64,000 bases of DNA from contig NW_024704742.1 of NCBI RefSeq assembly GCF_018977255.1, positions 68,078,001 through 68,142,000 of the forward strand. The letters run 5' to 3'. This DNA is from Callorhinchus milii. Lineage: Eukaryota. Shown here piece by piece: positions 1 to 10,600 of the stretch. The notes beneath the pieces were generated by a model that had not been told where the DNA came from, made no database searches, and worked only from the letters and a program-made list of their open reading frames with translations. The number at the start of each line of letters is the position of its first letter. Within the stretch, counting starts at the first letter, position 1. A program made the position numbers and the translations under genes.

Positions 1-540
1 TTTGCTGAGATATATTGTTGCCTGTGAGTCAAGTAGGACTCGAACCATGCGAGTACGGTCCCACTAAAGTGGATGAGGGGTGGAGAGGTGGTGGAGGATG
101 GCGTAATCGACTATGTCGAATGCAGCAGATATTTCCAGGAGGACGAGGAGGCAGAGGGAGCCCTGAGAGAGGATGTCATTTGTTACTTTGACGTGTGCTG
201 TCTCTGTGCTGCGGGCAGGGCGAAAACAGACTGGAGGGGTTCAAGTAGGGAGTGGAGGGAGAGGTGTGAGCGATATTGTTTTGCAACCACGCGTTCGAAA
301 ACAGGAAGGGCAGGTATAAAATGGGTCTGAAATTCGTGAGGTGGGAGGGATCAAGGGGTAGGTTTTTTGAGAGGAGTGATGACGGCGGTTTTGAGGGTAG
401 TGGGACAAAGCCTGAGGAGAGGAATTGGTTGATTGTATCAGCAAGTAATGGGCAGAGAAGGGGGAGTTGGGTGACTGGAAGCTGGGTGGGGAGGGGGTCG
501 AGGTAGCAGGTGGTGGGCTTCACCTTGGTGATGGTGGGGG
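1..540 (-). mobile_element. Degraded L2 LINE fragment (RT N-terminal region)
   Basis: KPTTCYLDPLPT and LDPSHLTNFRPI peptides; homologous to 59090-59650. Confidence 0.85.
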
Positions 541-789
541 ATGTGATAAGGCGGTTTATCAAATACAAGGATTATTATTATTAGTGGTAGTTACATGTTA
601 AGTGGAGTGACAAATAAAGCGGAGTCCCTTTTCACATTTTGCATGGGAAGCGGCTGGGATATTTAACAGCAGGGTCTTATTATTATCACAAATTTACTGT
701 ATTACAAAATGAAGAAATCCTCAGCATGTCTGTTTATAACATTTTCAAAGACACAAGTACTATGCCAAATCCCTGCTTGTCGGCCTTCC

Positions 790-1472
790 CTAGGTGTCTT
801 GTTCAACCCTCAACTGTCTTTTCTTCTCCACATCCAAGCCATAACCCGCTCTGCCTTTCCTCACCTCCGTAACATTGCCCGACTCTGCCACTACCTCACC
901 CCTCAGGCCACTGAAACTCTTGTTCATGCTTTCATCACCTCCAGGCTCGACTCTGCAAACGCCCTGCTTGTCAGCCTTCCCAACTCCTCCCTCCAGATAA
1001 GCCAGAACTCTGCAGCCCGTGGCCTCTCCCGCACCAAACTCCATGACCCCATCTCCCCCACTCTCGCCTGACTCCATTGGCTCCCTATCCTTCAGAGGAT
1101 CTAGTTCAAGATCCTGGTCCCCACCTACAAAGCCCTCCATGACCTCGGCCCCATCCTACCTCTGCGACCTCCTAACCCACTACCAACCTGTCCACTCCCT
1201 CTGCTCAGCTGGCTCTGGCCTGCTCCATGTCCCCCGACCCACCCGCCCCACCATTGGCGGGAGAGCCTTCAGCCACTCTGCCCCCAAACTCTGGAATTCC
1301 ATCCCCCAGTCACTCCGCCTCACCCCCTCCTTAGCCTCCTTCAAGTCCCACCTCAAGACCCTCCTCTTCGACCATGCCATCGGCCACCCCCCTTCCACTC
1401 CCCTTTTCCCTCCTGACCCCAGCTCGGGTCTTAAATGCTGTACACTGTCCAGCGCCTTGGGACGTCCTCCCG
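790..1472 (+). mobile_element. 5'-truncated L2 LINE (ORF2 C-terminus and 3' UTR)
   Basis: [23 protein letters not shown] and FKSHLKT peptides with stops and frameshifts. Confidence 0.9.
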
Positions 1473-2214
1473 ACCAGAAACCTAACATAACCTGTCCGTT
1501 CCCTCCGCTCAGCAGGTTCCGGCTCGTCCCACCATGGGTGGTCAAGACTTGATCTCCTCTGTCCCCCACCCTCTGGAACTTAATCCCACCCTTCTACCCT
1601 CTCTGTCCTCCACCTTCCCTGATCCTAATCCCCCACAGCTCAGGTCCTAATCCCTAACTGTTTATAGAGTCTTGGGATTCAAATAAACTGAGTCCCAAGT
1701 CGATATCCCCAGCCACTGTGAAGGCCAGCAAGGATGCTGAGGCTGATGCTGAAGCTGCTCAGCGCAAGTTTGGCACCTGCTAGGAATTGAGAGTCTACAC
1801 GTGGGCCCGCGGATTTATTTTGTAATTTTTAGGTTTCAGGCCTGGTCCGGTTTGAATTCCAGATACCTGTATTCCACCCAAAGATTAGCATTATCTTTGG
1901 CTGGTGGTGACTTATAGCTTAAGACAGGGGTTTATTCTATAAGACACCACCATCCAAAAATAATAATCCTGCTAATATTGTTGGAGTGTAAGTGCTTCTC
2001 AATAAGATCACGGACCTGAACCTTTCACTTTCAATTTGTATCCAAGGATCCAACCTATTTCATAAAGAACAGCACATACAGGTTTGGTAAACATCAAGTT
2101 GCAAACATATAGTGCCAAAGAATTTGTCAACAGAAGAGTTACAACATTCCTGAAGTATATTTGTGAAAAGTAGAACTATTATGTGTCATTGAGCGAACAT
2201 TCCCTTTTGCCAAT

Positions 2215-2425
2215 TTTCAGCACTGAGGGTCTGTTGCTGCAGTGTGGCTACACAAGCGATAGCAACCCTTTGGTGGCTTGCCCAAGAGGCCCTTCTTCAG
2301 TAGTGAGCCTGGACCGATATAGGCAGCAGACTATTCACCTGTGGAAGGTATTACACCCAGCTTGTTTGTTCAGGCAGGGTTGTGGGGGAGGGGGATTGGC
2401 AATCAGTACAGGAACCTTTGTTGAT
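2215..2425 (-). mobile_element. Ancient LF-SINE-like fragment
   Basis: Reverse strand ...gtccaggctcactactgaagaagggcctcttgggcaag... resembles the recalled LF-SINE core; similar relics near 36230-36440 and 41090-41215. Confidence 0.45.
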
Positions 2426-2549
2426 ATTCCCTTTCCTATCTTGGTTGAGATTAACCTACTTTGCAGAGTTCAGAAAATGGGACCTTCTGGTCTTAATGCA
2501 TTAATGCTTCATAGGATTAAGCCACCAGGGATAAATATTTAAACTCTAC

Positions 2550-2591
2550 CTGTGATAATTATTAAATCTTTACTTTCTGCTTCCAATGGTT
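2550..2591 (-). CDS. Candidate 42-nt second exon of the minus-strand gene (EPLEAESKDLIIIT)
   Basis: ctcac branch-like site, long pyrimidine tract and AAG acceptor; phase 1-1 and open in frame with 5013-5154; donor GTAGAG is weak. Confidence 0.35.
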
Positions 2592-3430
2592 CTTGTGGAA
2601 ATAATTAAAGGAAGAAAAAATGTGAGTTCTTAAAAGTAAATTTTTTAGTCAATTTTGATCGACAAGACAGAAAGAATTTCCAAAAGAAAAGTTCATGCCA
2701 TAAAAGATTTGACATGCCAAGTTTGGATATTTTTCTGTGGGATTCTCACTTTTCTTTCTGCCAATGCACAAGTGAGTTTCTAAGTTATTTTATTAGCACG
2801 TACACACCATATTCTCCAGATCAAGTGCCTTTTCAGAGATGGTCACCTAGATTATTCTGATTGTTGCTGGTGAATCTGAATTATATACACTATTATGTAA
2901 ACATTTGGTTCAAACAAAAGAGACAATCACTTTTACTGGGAACCACTAAAAAGACTGCTAGTCTGCCTGAGAATGCTGCTCAATCATCAAATATGTGCAT
3001 TGTGCAGATGAACAAACACAGAAACTGAAAACGTTAAGGAAAATGAAAATCCTTTGGGATTAAGTAAAATCCATATGTATCCCCCATTTCATGCCATCAC
3101 TGTAGAAAAGCACCACTTATTTTTAGATAGGTAAAACCACTTTTTTAAGTGTTAGAATTATTAATGTTAAGTAGGGGATACAATGCAAATTCCAAGCAAT
3201 GAATGAACCTTAGCATCGATTAAACTAATCTATAAATGCATACACAGCAGTTTTACCAACTCTAATGAGCAGTGCAGTTTATTTTATTTAGTGCCCATGG
3301 TACTTTCCTGAGGATTATACAAACATTTATACATCCCATTTGTTTGAAACTTTAACAGTGCTTCTGAGAACTGTGCAAATGAGAAATCCTAAAGTGCGAA
3401 GTGCAATAAGACAATGGTGACTGGTTACAG

Positions 3431-3654
3431 CAGTAGAGGCCAACCTGTGGCTCGCAGGCCAGAAGTGGTCCCCAGACCATCAAGAAGCAACCCCCCAGAA
3501 CTTTTACACGAGTCTGGATAAGTCCGTGTTCAAATGGTAGTGTGTTTTCAGCTTTTTTCTTGATTGAATATTTCTCGATTTATGGCATAAATCAAGAAAT
3601 ATTCAATCAAGAGAATTTATTATGTTGGCCGACTATAAAGGTTGGCTAACACTG
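3431..3654. mobile_element. hAT-superfamily MITE with 8-bp TSD and internal hairpin
   Basis: Imperfect TIRs CAGTAGAGGCCAACCT / AGGTTGGCTAACACTG; flanks ggttacag / ggttaaag. Confidence 0.75.
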
Positions 3655-4467
3655 GGTTAAAGGATGATAAACCAGTTTTGTGCTAAGTCCTGCAATGTCA
3701 CTGGGTTGAAATCATGATCAGAATTGTAAAACACCAGAAATATTTGAGGATTTATGCTCGTCAGTTCAGTTGCCAACAACAAAAAGAAAATAATACCAAA
3801 CGTAATATTAATAAAAGGGAACAATGCTCAAAAATTAAATACATTTGCTATGAAAATAAATAAAACACTACTGTTAACTTAGTAGATCAGCTGTGCCAAG
3901 CTACAACAATCTGTGGTACTAAAAGAGGCCACATCTCATAACACAAGATTTGAATCTTGAAGTGTAGTTTTTTATAGTCCTGTAAAAAGGTGGCCTGAAT
4001 TTAGCCATGCCCTTTTTTTTGTTAGGACCATAAAAATGACAGTGCAAGATACATAAACCTATTTTAAGCAAAATAACATTAACATTTTTTTGTCTGTTAA
4101 ACAGTGAAGCCATGTTGTGTGTCTTGATTCCCTATGCTTCAGTTAAGCATTACCATCCTATTCCTTTCTCCTCCTCTTCTCCTCCCCACCCCCAAAAGTC
4201 AGGTCTCTTAATATTACAAGGACTCCTTCTCTGTCTATTACACCACAGCTCTCCCACCTCACTCTGTTTTTAAGCGCTTATTGGGGGGGGGGGAGGGGGG
4301 GCGGCAATTGGCAAATATTTGAAGAGAAAAAGGCATCTGCTTGGGGAGGGGGAAGTCAGTTCACATTAAATGTCAATTCATTTTAAATCTCCCGCCTCTC
4401 GTTTTTTTAAAAAAGTTTAATTTTTTTTTAGCTTTGCGATACGGATGGGGGACGGAATAGCTTTATG

Positions 4468-4501
<34 letters not shown>

Positions 4502-5012
4502 AATGATATACATCCACGTTTATAATATATATAGTTTATATATTAATACAAACGCACACACAAACCAAAGCCTTGGGATTTACAGTTCAAGAACATAACC
4601 ATTCCCCCCTGTGAAAATATTTTAATATTTTGATATTTTCACCCCCTTACTAAGCTCGGAGGGTAGTGTATATATATACACTATATATATATATATATAT
4701 AACCCCCAGAGTGACTGACTGACTGACTGACTGACGGACTGTCTGACAGCTGCTGCTGGGAAGGCAAACAGCGGCCTCCAAGCGGCGCCCCGAGGCCTGG
4801 AGCGGGACTAACGACTAGGCCGCCTCCTCCTCCTGACACAGGTGGCTTTACATAGTATATTATTATTATACTACAGGGAATTGGTTCGTTTTTATTGATT
4901 GTTTTAAGAATAATATCAACCCGTCCTTGTCCCCTCTCTCTCTCCTCCTTCACTTTCCTCTCTCTCTCTCTCTCTCTCTCCCCACACTGTTTGGCGGCTG
5001 AGCTGAACTCAC

Positions 5013-5154
5013 CTTGTCGGTTCGTTTGCACGGCTCTATACCTGTCCCTGTTATGACTACAGTCTCCCCCCGCCAGACCGCTCACTGAGCAACAGTCGGC
5101 CTTTTCATTCCTAAAACTCTCCACTAGCTGCGGGATGGGCCAACTCACGTCCAT
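5013..5154 (-). CDS. Putative first coding exon of an unidentified gene divergent from DDRGK1 (MDVSWPIPQLVESFRNEKADCCSVSGLAGGDCSHNRDRYRAVQTNRQ)
   Basis: Kozak GCGGCCATGG in a CpG island, 47 open codons, AAG|GTGAGT donor (phase 1). An alternative GTGAGT donor lies directly after ATG GAC. Confidence 0.6.
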
Positions 5155-5178
5155 GGCCGCGCACTGACTGCGCCACGG

Positions 5179-5995
5179 CCCCCGCCCCCGGCGCGAGCCC
5201 CGCCCCCAGCCAACCGACACCCCGCCCCCAGCGCGAGCCCCGCCCCCAGCCAACCGACACCCCGCCCCCAGCGCGAGCCCCGCCCCCAGCGCGAGCCCCG
5301 CCCCCAGCCAACCGACACCCCGCCCCCAGCGCGAGCCCCGCCCCCAGCCAACAGACACCCCGCCCCCAGCCACCGACACCCGCCCCAGCGCGAGCCCCCC
5401 CCAGCCAACCGACACCCCGCCCCCAGCGCGAGCCCCGCCCCCAGCCAACCGACACCCCGCCCCAGCGCGAGCCCCGCCCCCAGCCAACCGACACCCCGCC
5501 CCCAGCACGAGCCCCGCCCCCAGCCAACCACCCCCCCCCCCCCGCCGCCCCCAGCCAACCGACACCCCGCCCCCAGCGCGAGCCCCGCCCCCAGCCAACC
5601 GACACCCCGCCCCCAGCACGAGCCCCGCCCCAGCGCGAGCCCCGCCCCAGCCAACCGACACCCCGCCCCCAGCACGAACCCCGCCCCCAGCCAACCGACA
5701 CCCCCCCCCCCGACACCCCGCCCCCAGCCAACCGACACCCCGCCCCAGCCAACCGACACCCCGCCCCCAGCCAACCGACACCCCGCCCCCAGCCAACCGA
5801 CACCCCGCCCCCAGCCAACCGACCCCCGCCCCCAGCCCGACCCCCCCCGCCCCCAGCACGAGCCCGCCCCCAGCCAACCGACACCCCGCCCCCAGCCAAC
5901 CACCCCCCCCCCCGCCCCCAGCACGAGCCCCCCCCAGCCAACCGACACCCCGCCCCCAGCACAAGTCCCGCCCCAGCACGAGCCCCCCCCCCCCC
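5179..5995. repeat. GC-rich minisatellite of 18-bp (CCCCGCCCCCAGCGCGAG) and 22-bp (CCCCGCCCCCAGCCAACCGACA) units, each carrying a GC box
   Basis: Directly visible tandem array with 40-bp higher-order period in places, decaying to about 6200. Confidence 0.95.
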
Positions 5996-7181
5996 GTCCA
6001 CCCCCCAGCAGAAACCCCGCCCACACACACCCCATGTCCAGCGCGAGCCCCCCACACACCCCATCCCCACCCAACCCCATCTAATACCCCGCCCCCCAGC
6101 GCAAGCCCCCCACACACACCCTGCCCCCAGTGCGAACCCCACCCCCAGCCCCAGAGCAAGCACCCCTGCCTACCCACACACACCTCGCCCCCAGTGCAAG
6201 CCCCCCATTTTCCCCCATGGTCAGTGACTTAGTTACACACCCTGCCCCCAGAGGGAGGCCTCCCCAGATCGCCCCCATGCACTCACTCACACACCCCCCC
6301 ACACACACATCCCGCCCCCTCACACATGCTTCAATTGCCACCTGTACGGAAACAAAATGGTGTCCCCAGACACACCTACTTTGGAACTGAGTCACTGATC
6401 ATGATTGCTCTAGGATTGGCCACTGATGACACTTGGTCTTTGACAGCCCCCCACACCTGCTCTAGAATTGATCACTGATGACACTGCTCCAGAATTGGCC
6501 ACTGTTGACACCTTCTCTTGGATTGATTGCATTTGACTGATAGAGTTGCCACATCCGAGATGCAACAAAAAAAGCCCAATGGACCCCACAAAACAACAGC
6601 AAAATAACATTTGTAAAGTGGCCTTCATGTCAGGACAGTGCTGGACAGTCAGCGTTTCGGACCCGAGCTGGACGTCGGGATCGGGGAAGGTCGAGGACAG
6701 AGGGGGCTGGAGAGTGATTGAAAGCACGGTCAAAGAGGAGGGTCTTGAGACGGGTTTTGAAGAAGGCGAGGGAGGGGGCGAGGTGGAGGGATTTCGGGAT
6801 GGGGTTCCAAAGGGTGGGGGCAGAGTGGCGGAAGACATCAACAACCTGCGTTTATATAGCGCCTTTCCATTTGAAGCTGAGCTGCGGAGAGAGAGGAGGT
6901 AACTGTAGACACGGTCGAAGACAAACTCTTCACAAGTGATTTGAAGATGGGTAGAGGGAATAAAACGGAGGGATTGAAGCAGAAACAGTGCATCGTAATA
7001 AAAATCCTTGGAACCCTCAACTGTCCAGTGCCTTGGGATATGTCCTCCCAAAGTGAAAAGAGCTGTCTAAATCCGATTCATTTGTTCCTTCGTTTGTATA
7101 TTTTCACATCAGGAGGACATCCCAAAGCGGTTAAGAAGAATTCTGTAATCGCGATGAACTGTGGCACCATTATCACTGCTG

Positions 7182-7197
7182 ACGGCAGGTGGCGCTG
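7182..7197 (+). promoter_or_regulatory. CTCF-like motif ACGGCAGGTGGCGCTG between the divergent genes
   Basis: Matches the core of the CTCF consensus (CAG-GTGGCGC). Confidence 0.4.
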
Positions 7198-7477
7198 TGA
7201 CCCGCCGCCCCCCAACAACACGTCACTGCCGAGGCTCAGAGGCGCTACCACTGAGATCCTGGATAAGAAGTGGGGGAGGGAAAAAGCGAGAAGAACCTCC
7301 TGCTCGCATTAACACGTTATATGGGATAACATTCCCACTTCAGGTGGGAGCAGACAATTAGACGTAGTTGGCGCAAATGTTAAAAGATATGTATGCGGAC
7401 TCCCCCCCCTCCCTCTCTCCATCGGTGGTGCGGTCCCGGCCGCCGTTTGTTTGGGGGGGGTGGGGAGACCAGCGTGA

Positions 7478-7485
7478 TGACGTCA
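7478..7485. promoter_or_regulatory. Perfect CRE palindrome TGACGTCA (in GATGACGTCA context), about 30 nt upstream of the DDRGK1 ATG
   Basis: Exact motif match in a proximal promoter position. Confidence 0.6.
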
Positions 7486-7514
7486 GCGGCAGGGCCAGGA
7501 CGGGCAGCGTCACC

Positions 7515-7602
7515 ATGGACCCCGTGCTGTACGTGCTGGCCGCCGTCGCCATAGCGATTCTCATCTTATTCGTGTCCAGGATCAGGCGTCAGGTGCGAGA
7601 AG
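7515..7602 (+). CDS. DDRGK1: DDRGK1 exon 1 ([29 protein letters not shown], signal anchor)
   Basis: Kozak CACCATGG in a CpG island; hydrophobic segment followed by basic residues; donor AAG|GTAAC, phase 1. Confidence 0.93.
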
Positions 7603-10600
7603 GTAACGATTCCCCTCGAAAGAATGACAGCGGTGATGTAAAAAGAAGAAGACGGCCGCGCTCGAAGCGCGGAGGCTGGAAAATGCGACACCCGCCCCCT
7701 CCCCCACCGCTCCACCCTCCTCCCCCCCCCCGAGAGGCGGGCGCTGCGCTCCATCAGTCACTGGCTGTCACGGACCGCGCCGGCGCACAGCGGTCAGTCA
7801 CGTGACGCGACGCGCAGGTGGGCGGGGTTTTCTGTGCCGGCGGCGGCGCTGAGTGGTCGGTTTGACTGTCCGTCAAATCGGCGGCTGCAGAGACGGGGCT
7901 TGAAGGTGGCACCGGAGGGGGCGAGGCGGAGGGGGACTGGGGGTCCAGAGGGTGGCGGCAGAGTGGCAGAAGGCCCACCCGCCATTGGTGGGGTGGGCCA
8001 GGCGGGGGATGTGAGGCAGGCCGGAGCCCGCTGAGCGGGGGGAGCGGGCAGGGTGGGAGGGGGTTAGGAGGTCGCAGAGGTAGGGGGGAGCGAGGCCATG
8101 GAGGGCTTTGAAGGTGAGGACCAGGATCTTGAACTGTATCCTCTGTGTGATGGGAAGCAGTGGAGTCGGGCGAGGACGGGGGTGATAGGGTCACGGAGTC
8201 TGGTGTAGGAGAGGACACGGGCTGCAGAGCTCTGGATGACCTGCAGCCTATGGAGGGAGGAGTTGGGGAGGCCGACAAGCAGGGAGTTTGCATAGTCGAG
8301 CCTCGATGCTATCAATTCGTGTATGAGGGTCTCGCCGGCCTGCAATGTGAGACATTGGCAGAGCCGGGCGATGTTGCAGAGATGGGGGAAGGCAGAGCGG
8401 GTGATGGCATTGATTTGGGGTAGAAAGGATAGTTGAGCGTCAAACAAGATGTCAGGGTTCAGGACTGGCTCAGTAAGGTGGAGTGTGCGTCCTTGGATGG
8501 TGATGCTATCAGTGCCTGAAGTGTAGAGGCGTTGATGGGAGCCAATCAGGAGAGCCTTGGTCTTGTTGACATTCAGCAACAACAACATCGTGCATTTATG
8601 TAGAGCCCTTCACGCCGGGTTGCATCCCGCAGCTCTTAACAGTGGCAGAATCTGACCCTGAGCCAGGGGGAGAGGGAGGGGAGAAATGACTAAGCACGAT
8701 TAAAAAGGATGGTCTTAAGGTGGAATTTAAAAGTGGGGAGGGAGGGAGGGGGCCTTTCAAGTTGGAAGGACTTCTCAAAGTGCTTCACGGGATTGTAAAG
8801 TACATTTGGGGGCGAATGTGGCAGTCCAATTTATACACAAGGGTCATGGTGTGAGCCACCAAGTTTACCTGGGGAATTGTTGGCCGTGACACTGGGAGAG
8901 AGAAACTCTTTTCAAGTAGGGTCATAGGATCTTTAATGTCCACTTAAACAGGCAGACATTTGATGTCTCATTCGAAGGACATTACCTCCAACTGCGCTCC
9001 CTCCAGCACTGCTTTGGAATGCCAATCTCGACTTCCAGCGAGAGCAGGAAATATCAGCATTTCTGGTGGCTTTCTGCACAGCTGGCCCATTAATTATTTT
9101 GTTAAGAAAAAAATATTTGATAGCTGTAATAGAAAATAAACACCTGGAAGTGGCTTACAAAAATGTAACATTTATGTAACATACATTTTATGATTTGTTT
9201 GCTGAATTTCAGAATTTTGCTTCATAGATGTTTTGTAGTCTTGTAAAGAGACCTGAGGTTGAAGCCTCTGTAGTTATTTTGGCTCTTTTAGCTATTTATT
9301 ATTATTTGGTTGTAGGTTATTGCTGTGCACAAATTAGCTGCCATGTTTGCCCACAAAACACAGTTACTGTACTTTACTTCCTACCCTTGAAGCACTTTGG
9401 GACGTCCTCCTGACGTGAAAGGTACTAAACCAAATGTAAAGTTTTTATTATATTATGGAGAACCCCATTTCAGTTTTGGTCCCATTCTATAGAGGGTACG
9501 TTTGTGCATGTATATATACATACACTATGTATATATATATATATATATATAATGTGGAGCGCCATACAAATTTACTGCACCGAAGAAGGCCATTTGACCT
9601 ATTGTGTCTGTGCTGGCTCTATCAATCACATTTATCTATGCCTTGGAACTTCCTTCCAACGCGAAATATATAAATGCAATTTGTTATTGTTGCCTTTTCC
9701 CCAAATCCCTGAAAAGTTCTCCTGTTTTTGTATTTGTCCTGTTCTCTCTTGAGAGCTAATATGGATTCTGCCTTCACCACCCACCTGGAGAGACATCCTA
9801 ACACCTCTCTGTGGGTAACAAAAAGATCCTCCTAATCTTAAATTGATGGTCTCCAGTTATTGAGTAACAACTTACATTAATACAAATAATATTACTATAA
9901 ACCAATGTCTCAAAACACTTTATAGAAGCAGTGGACATTATAGATGGTGGCAGGCACAGTTAAGGGGATGGCTTTTAAGAGGTTCTTAAAATAAGCAAAC
10001 ACAAGTGAATTTGGAATAGTTTCAGAGGACAAGGCTAAATAATTTGTTTATGATCATGGAATAAAGGGAATAGTAATAATAAAAGAGCAGTAAACCAGAA
10101 TAAGAAGACCAGCCATATGAGTTAGAATGGGGGGTGAACACGATTATAATAAAATAAATGTGCGCGAATGTTGAAATTTCTCTGACTCGTTACAGCAGTA
10201 ATTTGCTGTAAACATGTTTTTGTAGATGAACACATGACAGCCAATTATACAAAGCAAAGCCCAACCATGACAGTCATGAAGTGAATTTATCTGGAAGGTA
10301 CCAGGAGGAAACTCCCTTCTCTTTTCAAGAGTAACATGCTGGCAGGACTTTAGTCTAACATCTCAGCCTAGGGATAGTCCACAAAGTCCTCTCCCCCACC
10401 CACCTCCCCGTTACAAAACAGTGATATGAGACTATGGAGGAACTGAAACGAGCTGTCAGAGATGCATTTCTCCTCATCACTCCATCCATGTTGCAAACGA
10501 TGTTGCACCAAACATGGTGACGGGTCATTATCTGCCATGAAAATGATGGGACTCACACACACCCATCCTCTGGACATCTAAATGCAGTTAACCACTTGTA

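Larger units (their letters stand above)
7180..7890. promoter_or_regulatory. CpG island / DDRGK1 promoter and exon 1 region
   Basis: High CpG density around the ATG compared with the CpG-depleted introns. Confidence 0.8.

Noticed and set aside
1668..1783. Coding-looking + strand stretch (...KASKDAEADAEAAQRKFGTC*) after a possible acceptor
   Set aside because: Short, no recognisable homology or partner exon, and it would lie inside the minus-strand gene's intron.
4681..6183. 500-, 350- and 311-aa Gly-rich ORFs on the minus strand
   Set aside because: Translations of the stop-free GC minisatellite in all three frames; only the 5154-5013 part looks like a real exon.
7368..7805. 145-aa single ORF over DDRGK1 exon 1
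   Set aside because: The true start is the Kozak ATG at 7515, and the frame is spliced at 7602.
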